Of a stretch of 32,000 bases of DNA, positions 14,348 through 25,070 are shown in pieces. The notes beneath the pieces were generated by a model. The model made no database searches, had not been told where the DNA came from, and saw only the letters and a program-made list of their open reading frames with translations. A program made the position numbers and the translations under genes. Origin of the DNA: Candidatus Saccharimonadota bacterium. GTDB taxonomy: Bacteria; Pseudomonadota; Gammaproteobacteria; Enterobacterales; Enterobacteriaceae. Each line of letters begins with the position of its first letter. Positions within the stretch are counted from its first letter, which is position 1. The stretch is taken from assembly GCF_964059045.1 (NCBI RefSeq), contig NZ_OZ060402.1, forward strand, positions 1 to 32,000, given 5' to 3'.

Positions 14348-14723
14348 AATTAATAATTTAACAACATAGATTAATAGAAAAATATTTTTTTATATTTTTT
14401 ATTTTTATAAGATTAAAAACAAATAAAAAAATAAAATTATTATTTAATGTATATTTTAAAAATTATTATTAAAAATATCTTTTTTCATATTTTTAATATT
14501 TTATAATTTATGTAATAATTATATATATTTACTATAAAAAATATAAACAATAACAATCAATAAAAATATTTATAATTATATTTTTTTAAAATATAATTTT
14601 ATTAATGATATATATATTAATAAAAAATATTTTAAACATAAATTGATTTTTATCTTTAAAAAAGATTTTTCAATGCCATAGCCATAAGCAATAACCTTGG
14701 TAAATAAATTACATATGATAGAA

Positions 14724-14752
14724 TTGACATAAATTTACTAGAACAATATATA
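14724..14752 (+). promoter_or_regulatory. Putative sigma-70 promoter for rpmH-rnpA
   Basis: Perfect -35 TTGACA (14724-14729), 17-nt spacer, TATATA (14747-14752; TATAAT follows at 14751-14756), about 45 nt upstream of the rpmH ATG. -10-like hexamers are cheap in this composition, but TTGACA is not. Confidence 0.4.
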
Positions 14753-14797
14753 TAATGAAAATAAATATATTAATAAATAAAATATAAGGATAAAAAA

Positions 14798-14941
14798 ATG
14801 AAAAGAACATTCCAACCATCTATTATTAAAAGAAATCGTAGACATGGTTTTCGTTCTCGTATGTCAACTAAAAATGGACGATATATTTTATCTCGTAGAA
14901 GAAGTAAAATGCGTGCTTGTTTAACTGTTTCTTCTAAATAA
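14798..14941 (+). CDS. rpmH: 50S ribosomal protein L34 (too short to appear in the supplied ORF track)
   Basis: Hand translation gives [47 protein letters not shown] (47 aa), closely matching E. coli L34 ([39 protein letters not shown]..). Preceded by AAGGA and followed by rnpA, as in almost all bacteria. Confidence 0.96.
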   Translation: MKRTFQPSIIKRNRRHGFRSRMSTKNGRYILSRRRSKMRACLTVSSK

Positions 14942-14953
14942 TATCTATATGTA

Positions 14954-15298
14954 ATGTGTAGATATTATTTTAAAAAAAAATTAAAATTATTAAAATCAAA
15001 AAATTTTAACTATGTTTTTAAAAAACAAAATAAAGTAATTTACAAAGAATTTATTATATTATCTTGTATAAATAATTTATTTTATCCTCGTCTCGGTTTA
15101 ATTGTATCTAAGAAAAATATTAATAAATCTCATGAAAGAAATCGTATTAAAAGATTAATTCGAGAAACTTTTAGATTATCACAATATAAATTATCACACA
15201 TGGATTTTGTTGTAATTGTAAAAAAAAACGCAAAAAAGAATAATAATATAACATTAATTAATATTTTAAAAATTTTATGGATGGAATATTATCAATAA
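14954..15298 (+). CDS. rnpA: Ribonuclease P protein component
   Basis: 114 aa. The ERNRIKRLIRETFR motif matches E. coli ERNRIKRLTRESFR. Lies immediately after rpmH. Confidence 0.94.
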   Translation: MCRYYFKKKLKLLKSKNFNYVFKKQNKVIYKEFIILSCINNLFYPRLGLIVSKKNINKSHERNRIKRLIRETFRLSQYKLSHMDFVVIVKKNAKKNNNITLINILKILWMEYYQ

Positions 15299-15513
15299 AA
15301 AATTTTTTATTCTTGTATTTTAATATATTTCATCAAAAAATTTTTATTAACTATTTTATTTGAATAATTACTATAATTTATTTTATTTAAATTGTATTGT
15401 TTTCAAAAAATATATTTTATGAAAATACATTTTAAAAAATTTAAAATAATTTATATTTTTATGAAAAAAAATACATTATTAATTAATAATAAAATCAAAA
15501 GAGATTTCAAATA

Positions 15514-17130
15514 ATGGATTTATTAAAACGTAATTTTTTTGTTTTTTCTTTTATATTCATTTCTGTATTATTGTGGCAAACATGGGGGAATGAATTAAAA
15601 ATTAATCATCAAAATAAAAATCAACAAAATATAATTTTTTCTGCATTGAAAAAAAATAATTTTATTAATAAAAAAAAATATGTAATTTTAGAAAATGATG
15701 TTGTTTCTATTATTATTAATCAAAATGGAGGAAATATAGAAAAAGTTATTTTATTAAAGTATAAAGATTCATTAAACTCAATTAAATTATTTCATTTATT
15801 AGAAAATAAAAAAAATTTTATTTATCATGCACAAAGTGGAATAATTAAAAATTATCAATTAAATCATTTTAATCATCAAATTTATCCTTTTTATAAGTCT
15901 AATAATAAATTATTTAAATTAAAAAAAACAGAAAAAGAATTAAGAATTCCTTTTTATTGGGTAGACAAAGATGGTATTGAATATATCAAAACATTTATTT
16001 TAAAAAATGGAAAATATTATCTTAAAATTGAAGATAAAATAAAAAATAATAAAAATATTCCATTAAATATATCCATATATAGACAGTTAAAACAAACTAG
16101 TAAATTACCTGTGCAAGAAAAAAATAAAAATAATAACTTTTCTTTACATACTTATCGTGGTTCAGCATATTCGACTGAAAATGAAAAATATAAAAAATTA
16201 GAATTTAATAAAAGTAATAATATACCATTAAATATTCAAACTTCTAATGGTTGGATTGCAATGCTACAACAATATTTTATTAGTGCCTGGGTGCCAATTA
16301 TTCCAAAAGATAATATAATTTATACTAATTTTTTAAAAGATCGTAATCTTTCTATTATTGGATATAAATCTAATGCAGTATTTATAGCTCCTTTTTCTAA
16401 TTATAGTTTTAAATCTCATCTTTGGATTGGTCCTGCAATTCAAGATGAAATGAATAAGATAGCTAATCATCTTGATTTAACAGTTGATTATGGTATATTT
16501 TGGTGGTTATCTCAACCATTATTTAAGTTATTAAAATTTTTTCATATGTTTATTGGGAATTGGGGTGGTTCTATTATTGTTATTACTATTTTAATTAAAT
16601 TAATAATGTATCCTTTAACTAAATCGCAATATTTATCTATGGCAAAAATGAGAAAATTGCAACCTAAAATTAATCAAATTAAAGAAAAATATCATGATGA
16701 TCCAAAAAAAATGAGTAAAGAAATAATTTTTTTATATAAAACTGAAAAAATTAATCCATTGAAAGGATTTGTTCCTTTATTAATTCAAATGCCTATTTTT
16801 TTAGCTTTATATTATATGTTAATTAATGCAGTCGAATTAAGACATGCTCCATTTTTATTTTGGATAAATGATCTTTCAGGAAAAGATCCTTATTTTATTT
16901 TACCAATATTAATGGGAATAACTATGTTTTTAATTCAATATATTTCTCCCAATACCATTACTGATAAATTACAAAAAAAAATTATGAATTTTATGCCTTT
17001 AATATTTACAATATTTTTCTTATGGTTTCCTTCAGGTTTAGTTTTATACTATATAATTAGTAATATAATCACAATCTTACAACAAAAAATAATTTCTCGT
17101 AGTTTAAAGTATATTAATTACTCAAAATAA
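15514..17130 (+). CDS. yidC: Membrane protein insertase YidC
   Basis: 538 aa. N-terminal TM helix, large periplasmic domain, then a conserved C-terminal core (KSQYLSMAKMRKLQPKI, NPLKGFVPLLIQMPIFLALY, GLVLYYIISN). Confidence 0.96.
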   Translation: MDLLKRNFFVFSFIFISVLLWQTWGNELKINHQNKNQQNIIFSALKKNNFINKKKYVILENDVVSIIINQNGGNIEKVILLKYKDSLNSIKLFHLLENKKNFIYHAQSGIIKNYQLNHFNHQIYPFYKSNNKLFKLKKTEKELRIPFYWVDKDGIEYIKTFILKNGKYYLKIEDKIKNNKNIPLNISIYRQLKQTSKLPVQEKNKNNNFSLHTYRGSAYSTENEKYKKLEFNKSNNIPLNIQTSNGWIAMLQQYFISAWVPIIPKDNIIYTNFLKDRNLSIIGYKSNAVFIAPFSNYSFKSHLWIGPAIQDEMNKIANHLDLTVDYGIFWWLSQPLFKLLKFFHMFIGNWGGSIIVITILIKLIMYPLTKSQYLSMAKMRKLQPKINQIKEKYHDDPKKMSKEIIFLYKTEKINPLKGFVPLLIQMPIFLALYYMLINAVELRHAPFLFWINDLSGKDPYFILPILMGITMFLIQYISPNTITDKLQKKIMNFMPLIFTIFFLWFPSGLVLYYIISNIITILQQKIISRSLKYINYSK

Positions 17131-17221
17131 TAAAATATAAAAATTTTTTTATAAAAATATTAAAATATATTAAAAAATATTAATAATATTTTTTATTTTA
17201 AATCAAAAGAAAAATAAAAAA

Positions 17222-18583
17222 ATGATCTTTTATGATACGATTATAGCTCAATCTACTCCAGTAGGAAAGGGTGGGATAGGAATAATAAGGATATCAGGTA
17301 TTGATGCAGATAAAGCAGCCATTATGGTTTTAGGGAAAATACCAATTCCAAGATATGCAACATTTTCATTGTTTAAAGATAATAAAAAAAATGTTTTAGA
17401 TGAAGGTATAGCTATTTGGTTTCCAGCTCCTTATTCTTTCACAGGAGAAAATATACTAGAATTACAAGGACACGGTAGTCCTATAATTTTAGATTTATTA
17501 ATTAAAACTATTTCATCTATTCCTGGTATTAGAATAGCAAAACCAGGAGAATTTTCTGAAAGAGCTTTTTTAAATGAAAAATTAGATTTAATTCAAGCTG
17601 AAGCTATTTCTGATTTAATTAATGCTAATTCCGAAAAATCTATTCAACTTTCATTAAGATCGATGAAAGGAGAATTTTCTAAATATATTTATCAGTTAGT
17701 TAAAAAAATAAATAATATTCAATTAAAAGTTGAAGGATCTATTAATTTTATTGAACTTGAAGATATAAAATTATCAAAAAATTATATATATAAAAAATTA
17801 TTAAATATATTAAATGATTGTAATATTATTCATAAACAAGCTAGACAAGGTAGTGTTTTAAAAGAAGGTATTAAAGTAGTTATTGTTGGTCAACCAAATG
17901 CTGGAAAATCTAGTTTATTTAATCAGTTATGTGCTGATAACAAAGCTATAGTAACTAATATTAAAGGTACTACTAGGGATGTTTTACATGAATATATTAA
18001 CATTAAAAATATTATATTTCATTTAGTAGATACTGCAGGATTACGTAATCCTACAAATGAAATTGAAAAAATTGGTATTGATTTATCATGGAAAGAAATT
18101 TATAATTCTGATCATATATTATTTGTGATTGATGGTAGTATGAATTTTGAAAAACAATCACAATTATATTTAAAATATGTTGCTCTTTTCCCTAAAAACA
18201 TAAATGTTAGTATTATAATTAATAAAAATGATTTATTTTTAAAAAAGAATAATTTTTTTAAAAATAAAAATAATTTATTATATTTGTCATCATTAACTGG
18301 TGAAGGAATTGAAGCATTAAATCAACATTTATTAAAAACGCATATATCTAATATTGATAATACAGAAAGTTTATTTTTAGCTAGAAGAAGACATTTAAAT
18401 ATATTAAATGAAATTTATTTAATAATTTTGAATAGTAAAAAAAATTGGATTTTATCTCAAAATCTTGAATTATTAGCTGAAAATTTAAATATTGTAAAAA
18501 ATAAATTAAATGAAATTACTGGAGTGGTAAAAAACAAAAATATATTAGATGAAATTTTTTCTAAATTCTGTATTGGAAAATAA
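17222..18583 (+). CDS. mnmE: tRNA modification GTPase MnmE (TrmE/ThdF)
   Basis: 453 aa. G1 GQPNAGKSSL, G3 DTAGLR, C-terminal FCIGK motif. Follows yidC as in E. coli. Confidence 0.96.
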   Translation: MIFYDTIIAQSTPVGKGGIGIIRISGIDADKAAIMVLGKIPIPRYATFSLFKDNKKNVLDEGIAIWFPAPYSFTGENILELQGHGSPIILDLLIKTISSIPGIRIAKPGEFSERAFLNEKLDLIQAEAISDLINANSEKSIQLSLRSMKGEFSKYIYQLVKKINNIQLKVEGSINFIELEDIKLSKNYIYKKLLNILNDCNIIHKQARQGSVLKEGIKVVIVGQPNAGKSSLFNQLCADNKAIVTNIKGTTRDVLHEYINIKNIIFHLVDTAGLRNPTNEIEKIGIDLSWKEIYNSDHILFVIDGSMNFEKQSQLYLKYVALFPKNINVSIIINKNDLFLKKNNFFKNKNNLLYLSSLTGEGIEALNQHLLKTHISNIDNTESLFLARRRHLNILNEIYLIILNSKKNWILSQNLELLAENLNIVKNKLNEITGVVKNKNILDEIFSKFCIGK

Positions 18584-18725
18584 TTGTGATTTAAGATAAA
18601 TATAAAAATTAAATTTGATTTATATAATAATAAAAATATTGTTTTGTTAAAATTTAAATATATCTTTTTTTATTTTGATTTTTAATTCATATATAAAAAT
18701 TTTTTATTCATATATAAAAAATATA

Positions 18726-18798
18726 TGCCCGAAGGCGGAATTGAACCACCGACACGGGGATTTTCAGTCCCCTGCTCTACCAACTGAGCTATTCGGGC
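18726..18798 (-). tRNA. tRNA-Phe (anticodon GAA)
   Basis: Minus-strand read GCCCGAAUAGCUCAGUUGGUAGAGCAGGGGACUGAAAAUCCCCGUGUCGGUGGUUCAAUUCCGCCUUCGGGCA, 73 nt. 7-bp acceptor stem, D stem GCUC/GAGC, anticodon stem GGGGA/UCCCC with loop CUGAAAA, T arm GGUGG-UUCAAUU-CCGCC. Close to E. coli tRNA-Phe. The 3' CCA is not encoded. Confidence 0.96.
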
Positions 18799-19009
18799 AA
18801 TATTGTTATTTAATCATTAATTTTCTATTAAAGTCAATCTTTTTATTGATTTTTTAATAAAAAATAATTTTATAAGATATAAATAAACTATTTAATAAAA
18901 TATATTTATATATTACAAATAATATAATCACTGCATTATATGCTATTATGCTATAATTAAATTTTAAAATTATATCAAATCCATTATATTAATAAAAAAA
19001 AACATATAA

Positions 19010-19042
19010 CCCTTGAAAGTTTTAATAAGAATCCTCATATCT
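19010..19042 (+). promoter_or_regulatory. Sigma-32 (heat-shock) promoter of groES-groEL
   Basis: CCCTTGAAA (19010-19018), 14-nt spacer, CCTCATATCT (19033-19042). Compare the sigma-32 consensus CCCTTGAA -N13-15- CCCCATNT. About 90 nt upstream of the groES ATG. Confidence 0.75.
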
Positions 19043-19133
19043 GAAGATAAGTACTATTACTTTTAGTATATTTTAATAAATTTTTAAATTTATTAAAATA
19101 ATTTATTAGATTTATTAAAAGGAAAATTATTAC

Positions 19134-19424
19134 ATGAAAATTCGTCCATTACATGATCGTGTTATTGTAAAAAGACAAGAAGCAGAATCTAAATCAGCTG
19201 GTGGAATTGTATTAACTGGTTCAGCTGCTAGTAAATCTACTCGTGGAACTGTAATTGCAGTAGGAAATGGTCGTATCTTAGATAATGGTAATATTAAAGC
19301 ACTAGATGTAAAAGTTGGAGACATTGTAATTTTTAATGAAGGTTATGGTGCTAAAACAGAAAAAATGGATCATGAAGAGGTTTTAATTTTAACTGAAAGT
19401 GACATTTTAGCAATTGTTGAATAA
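19134..19424 (+). CDS. groES: Co-chaperonin GroES
   Basis: 96 aa. [14 protein letters not shown]...[10 protein letters not shown] is nearly identical to E. coli GroES. Confidence 0.98.
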   Translation: MKIRPLHDRVIVKRQEAESKSAGGIVLTGSAASKSTRGTVIAVGNGRILDNGNIKALDVKVGDIVIFNEGYGAKTEKMDHEEVLILTESDILAIVE

Positions 19425-19452
19425 TAAACAATCTGCTTATTTTTTTAACTAA

Positions 19453-21120
<1,668 letters not shown>

Positions 21121-21146
21121 ATTTTTTAAAATTTTTATTAATGTAT

Positions 21147-21183
21147 ATCTCCAGGCTATTTTATATAAAAATAGCCTGGAGAT
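21147..21183 (+). terminator. Rho-independent terminator of groESL
   Basis: 16-bp perfect stem ATCTCCAGGCTATTTT / AAAATAGCCTGGAGAT (relatively GC-rich core CTCCAGGC), loop ATATA, followed by TTATTTTTTATTTT. Starts 27 nt after the groEL stop. Confidence 0.8.
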
Positions 21184-21501
21184 TTATTTTTTATTTTATT
21201 ATAAAATATTATTATAATAATCATCATTAATAATAAAAATAATTACATATATAAAATTTTTTAACAAAATATGTTATTAATTAAACATAATGATTATAAT
21301 TAATAACATTATTAATAATATTATTTTTGACTGTTTAAATATAAAAATAATTTTAATTATCAAATTAAATTGTAATTAATATTATTAAATGTATTTCATT
21401 TTTATTGATTATAAAAAATTATTTAAAAAATTTTAATTTTTATTTAATTGATTTTTATTGTGCGTGTAAACTAAAAATATTATTAATTAATAGAGAAATG
21501 T

Positions 21502-22074
21502 ATGACTATATATAACAGTAATAATTTTAAAATTGGTTTAAAAATTATTTTTGAAAACGAACCTTGTTGCATTGAAAGTAGTGAATTTATTAAACCTGGA
21601 AAAGGTCAATCTTTTACACGTATTAAAATTCGCAAATTATTAACAGATCAATTATTAGATAGATCATTTAGATCAACAGAATATTTTAAAAAAGCTGATA
21701 TTTTTGATGTTAAATTATTATATTTATATAATGACAACATTTGTTGGCATTTTTTAAATACTCAAAATTTTGAACAATATTCTGCAGAAAAAAAATTATT
21801 GTATAAAAAATTACAATGGTTAATTGAACAAAATTATTATATGACTACTTTATGGAATAATCAGATTATTTCTGTAATACCGAGTAATTTTGTTGAATTA
21901 AAAGTAATAAAAACAACACCTGGAATTAAAGGAGATTCTTTAAACAATAATGTAAAAATTGCTATATTAAATAACAATGCAAAAATTAAAGTACCATTGT
22001 TTATAAAAACAGGAGAAATAATAAAAGTAGACACAAGATCAAATCAATATATTTGTAGAATTAAAAACAATTAA
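21502..22074 (+). CDS. efp: Elongation factor P
   Basis: 190 aa. The KPGKGQSFTRIKIRKL motif matches E. coli KPGKGQAFARVKLRRL and contains the modified Lys34. Confidence 0.95.
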   Translation: MTIYNSNNFKIGLKIIFENEPCCIESSEFIKPGKGQSFTRIKIRKLLTDQLLDRSFRSTEYFKKADIFDVKLLYLYNDNICWHFLNTQNFEQYSAEKKLLYKKLQWLIEQNYYMTTLWNNQIISVIPSNFVELKVIKTTPGIKGDSLNNNVKIAILNNNAKIKVPLFIKTGEIIKVDTRSNQYICRIKNN

Positions 22075-22124
22075 AAATTTATTTAATATTATTATAATAT
22101 AGATTATATTTATATTGATTTTTA

Positions 22125-22865
22125 TTAAAATTCATTTCCTTTTATATATTTTCTATAACTATCCCATTCAAAGTTTAACCATAAACTATTACCCAGTCGC
22201 ATACGATCTATTACTCTTTCACCTAATAAATTAGTCATTCCTCGATAATTTAAATTAGATAACATTCCAGTAGCACGTTTAGAAGATGAACGACGGTCTA
22301 CTATTTGATTAATAATCACTTTTTCGTAACGTGATTCCGTTTGCATACCTATTTCATCAATCATTAACAAATCGACAGTACTTAAATTATTTAATAATTT
22401 CTCTTCTGTATTAGCACTAAAACCATTAAAGGTGCTTTTTATATTTGACATTAAATCAGCAACAGTTACAATTAAAACACTTTTTCCATTTAATATTAAA
22501 TAATTACCTATTGCAGAAGCTAAATGATTTTTTCCAGTACCTGGTCTTCCAGAAAAAATAAAACTAGATATATTGAAATTAAAATTTTTGGCATATTTTT
22601 TTGCACAATCTAACACTTTTTTATGACCATTATGATGTATTCTATAATTATCAAATGAACAATTTATATATAATTCTTTGATTCCTGATCTACCTAAAAT
22701 TTTTTCCATTTTTGTTGCTTGATTTTCTCTTAAAATGGATTCAGAAGATAATCTTCCTTGTTCTTGATTCCAAGATAATAATTCAGATTCATCTTTAAAT
22801 TTTGGTTTTATTCTATGAGGTACTAGTTGTTGTAATCTTTTTAAAAGATTTGTGTATTTTTGCAT
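22125..22865 (-). CDS. dnaC: DNA replication protein DnaC (helicase loader)
   Basis: 246 aa from the ATG at 22865. MQKYTNLLKRLQQLVP aligns with E. coli MKNVGDLMQRLQKMMP; the track start at 22880 is a TTG extension. Walker A GRPGTGKNHLA, DEIG, YEKVIINQIVDRRSSSKR and LGERVIDRMRLGNSLW are nearly identical to E. coli DnaC. Confidence 0.95.
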   Translation of the reverse strand: MQKYTNLLKRLQQLVPHRIKPKFKDESELLSWNQEQGRLSSESILRENQATKMEKILGRSGIKELYINCSFDNYRIHHNGHKKVLDCAKKYAKNFNFNISSFIFSGRPGTGKNHLASAIGNYLILNGKSVLIVTVADLMSNIKSTFNGFSANTEEKLLNNLSTVDLLMIDEIGMQTESRYEKVIINQIVDRRSSSKRATGMLSNLNYRGMTNLLGERVIDRMRLGNSLWLNFEWDSYRKYIKGNEF

Positions 22866-22989
22866 TTTTGTTGATCTCAAAAATATATAATAATAATAAA
22901 ATTAAAAATTTTAATTTTTAAATTAATTGAATGATTAAAAATATTTTTTAAAATAAAAATCATTTTAAATTAATCAATAGAATAATTTA

Positions 22990-23553
22990 TTACCTACGAA
23001 TATATAAATAATAAGATACTTTTTTATTATTTTTTTGTTTATATAAATGCCAATTTTTTGGAATATTCAATAAATTAAAATCATTTTTTTTTTCAATATA
23101 AATTATAGATTGAGATTCTAAACAATTGTATGTTTCTAAAAAAAATATTATCTTTGAAATCAGTTCTTGATCAAAAGGAGGATCAATAAATATAATTTGA
23201 TATTTTTCCTTATTTTGTTTTAACCAATGAAAAAAATTATCATGAATAACATTACAATAATTTAAAATTTTTAACCTTATTAAATTTTTTTTTAATTGAT
23301 TAATAGATTTTTTATTAATGTCAATTAAAGTAACTGATTTTGCAAAACGAGAAATAGATTCTATACCCAGTGCACCACTGCCCGTAAAACAATCCAGACA
23401 TTTTGAATTTTGAATATCTTGATTTAACCAATTAAATAATGTTTCCCTCATGTAATTAGTAGTTGGACGTATATTATTATTTGAACAAATAGATATTAAA
23501 CTATTTTTTAAATATCCTCCAATAATTCGAATTTTGCCATAATTACTGTTCAT
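22990..23553 (-). CDS. rsmD: 16S rRNA (guanine966-N2)-methyltransferase RsmD (YhhF)
   Basis: 187 aa. IRPTT..MRETLFNWL, SAM motif DCFTGSGALGIE, catalytic DPPF. Divergent from ftsY as in E. coli. Confidence 0.9.
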   Translation of the reverse strand: MNSNYGKIRIIGGYLKNSLISICSNNNIRPTTNYMRETLFNWLNQDIQNSKCLDCFTGSGALGIESISRFAKSVTLIDINKKSINQLKKNLIRLKILNYCNVIHDNFFHWLKQNKEKYQIIFIDPPFDQELISKIIFFLETYNCLESQSIIYIEKKNDFNLLNIPKNWHLYKQKNNKKVSYYLYIRR

Positions 23554-23689
23554 TTTTATATTAAATTTATATGTTATTTATTACTTATTATAATAAAAAT
23601 TAAGATATATTTAAAATATTTATTATATTACAATAATATTAAACATTTTAAAATATTTAATTTTTAATCTTATATATTAGGAAAATTTT

Positions 23690-24814
23690 ATGACAAAAGA
23701 TAAAAAACGGAATTTTTTTTCTTTTTTTTCTTTCAAAAATAAAAAACAAATTTTAAAAAAAGAAGATAATCATTCTAAAGATTTAATTATTCTTAAAAAA
23801 AAACCTATTAATCTATTTAATAAAGAAGATGTATCTCAAAAAGAAAAAAAAAATTATATTTCAAATATTAATCATAATGTTAAAAAAAAGAATTGCAATT
23901 TATTCATGAGATTGAAAAATAGTTTATATAAAACCAGTAAAAAATTTAGTATAAATTTTATAAATTTATTTTCCAAAAAAAATATTAATTGTTCTATTTT
24001 TGAAGAATTAGAAGAAAAGTTATTATTAGCAGATATTGGTTTAGATACTACAGATTATATTATTAATAATATTAAAAAAAAAATTAATGATATAGAAATA
24101 AATAATTTTAATTGCATTTATACAATTTTAAAACAAGAAATGTTAACAATTTTAAAAAAAACAGAAAAACCATTCTTAAATAATCAAAATTATGTTCCAT
24201 TTGTAATTTTAATTGTAGGAGTAAATGGAGTAGGAAAAACAACAACAATTGGTAAATTAGCTAAAAAATATAAATTACAAGGAAAATCTGTTATGTTAGC
24301 TGCAGGTGATACATTTAGATCAGCAGCAGTAGAACAATTACAAAAATGGGGGGAATTAAATGATATTATAGTAATATCTTCACCAATTCAAAAAGTTGAT
24401 CCAGCTTCTGTCATTTTTAATTCTTTAGAACATGCTCTAGCTAATAAGATTGATATCTTAATTATAGATACTGCAGGAAGATTACATAATAAATTTGATT
24501 TGATGCAAGAACTAAAAAAAATTATACGAGTTATTAAGAAAAAAATTTCTCTAGCACCTCATGAAATTTTATTAATTATTGATGCATGTACTGGTCAAAA
24601 TGCAATAAATCAAACTAAATTATTTCATGAAAATTTAGGTTTAACTGGTATTATATTAACAAAAGTAGACGGTACTGCTAAAGGTGGAATAATTTTTCCC
24701 ATTGCTCATAATTTTAAAATTCCGATAAAATATATAGGTATTGGAGAAAAAGAATTGGATTTAATAAAATTTAATAGCATAAATTTTGTTGATGTTTTAT
24801 TTGAAAAAAGATAA
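23690..24814 (+). CDS. ftsY: Signal recognition particle receptor FtsY
   Basis: 374 aa. N-terminus MTKDKKRNFFSFF resembles E. coli MAKEKKRGFFSW. NG domain with GVNGVGKTTTIGKLA, DTAGRL and LTKVDGTAKGG. Confidence 0.96.
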   Translation: MTKDKKRNFFSFFSFKNKKQILKKEDNHSKDLIILKKKPINLFNKEDVSQKEKKNYISNINHNVKKKNCNLFMRLKNSLYKTSKKFSINFINLFSKKNINCSIFEELEEKLLLADIGLDTTDYIINNIKKKINDIEINNFNCIYTILKQEMLTILKKTEKPFLNNQNYVPFVILIVGVNGVGKTTTIGKLAKKYKLQGKSVMLAAGDTFRSAAVEQLQKWGELNDIIVISSPIQKVDPASVIFNSLEHALANKIDILIIDTAGRLHNKFDLMQELKKIIRVIKKKISLAPHEILLIIDACTGQNAINQTKLFHENLGLTGIILTKVDGTAKGGIIFPIAHNFKIPIKYIGIGEKELDLIKFNSINFVDVLFEKR

Positions 24815-25070
24815 ATAAAATTTAATGATTTGATATATAAGATTAATAAAAATAATAAATATCACTAGTTATGAATATAAATAATAATCTTGATTAAAAA
24901 ATAATTCAATATGTCAGTATATTATATTTATAAAATAATTATATAATATAAGGTTGTATAACAAATTATATTTTATGGTATATAATATAATTAAATTTTT
25001 TAAAAATACGGATTATAAAGTTTTTAAAATAATATTAATAACAATATAATTAGTAAAAACGAGTTATTAA

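Noticed and set aside
15419-15514. 31-codon ORF MKIHFKKFKIIYIFMKKNTLLINNKIKRDFK ending in a TAATG overlap with yidC
   Set aside because: It has no Shine-Dalgarno sequence and no YidD motifs, and its composition is what AT-rich noise encodes. It is mentioned only under the yidD-gap finding.
17172-17194. 23-nt perfect palindrome AAAAAATATTA-A-TAATATTTTTT after yidC (a similar one lies at 22898-22918)
   Set aside because: It is composed only of A/T, so the hairpin would be very weak. Such palindromes are expected by chance in this composition.
18685-18720. 15-nt direct repeat ATTCATATATAAAAA (18685-18699 and 18706-18720) abutting the 3' end of tRNA-Phe
   Set aside because: It is short and almost pure A/T with only two copies. 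I cannot distinguish it from chance or replication slippage, and no function is evident.
18675-18857. 60-aa plus-strand ORF
   Set aside because: Its GC-containing core is simply the antisense of tRNA-Phe (18726-18798). The rest is AT-rich spacer.
19130-19324. 64-aa minus-strand ORF (and the 74-aa ORF at 19764-19988)
   Set aside because: Both lie antisense to groES/groEL. The lower AT content of these genes leaves long stop-free antisense frames by chance.
21271-21309. 13-bp inverted repeat ATGTTATTAATTA / TAATTAATAACAT with a 13-nt loop in the groEL-efp spacer
   Set aside because: It has only one G:C pair per arm, no flanking T-tract and no obvious positional logic. It probably arose by chance in low-complexity DNA.
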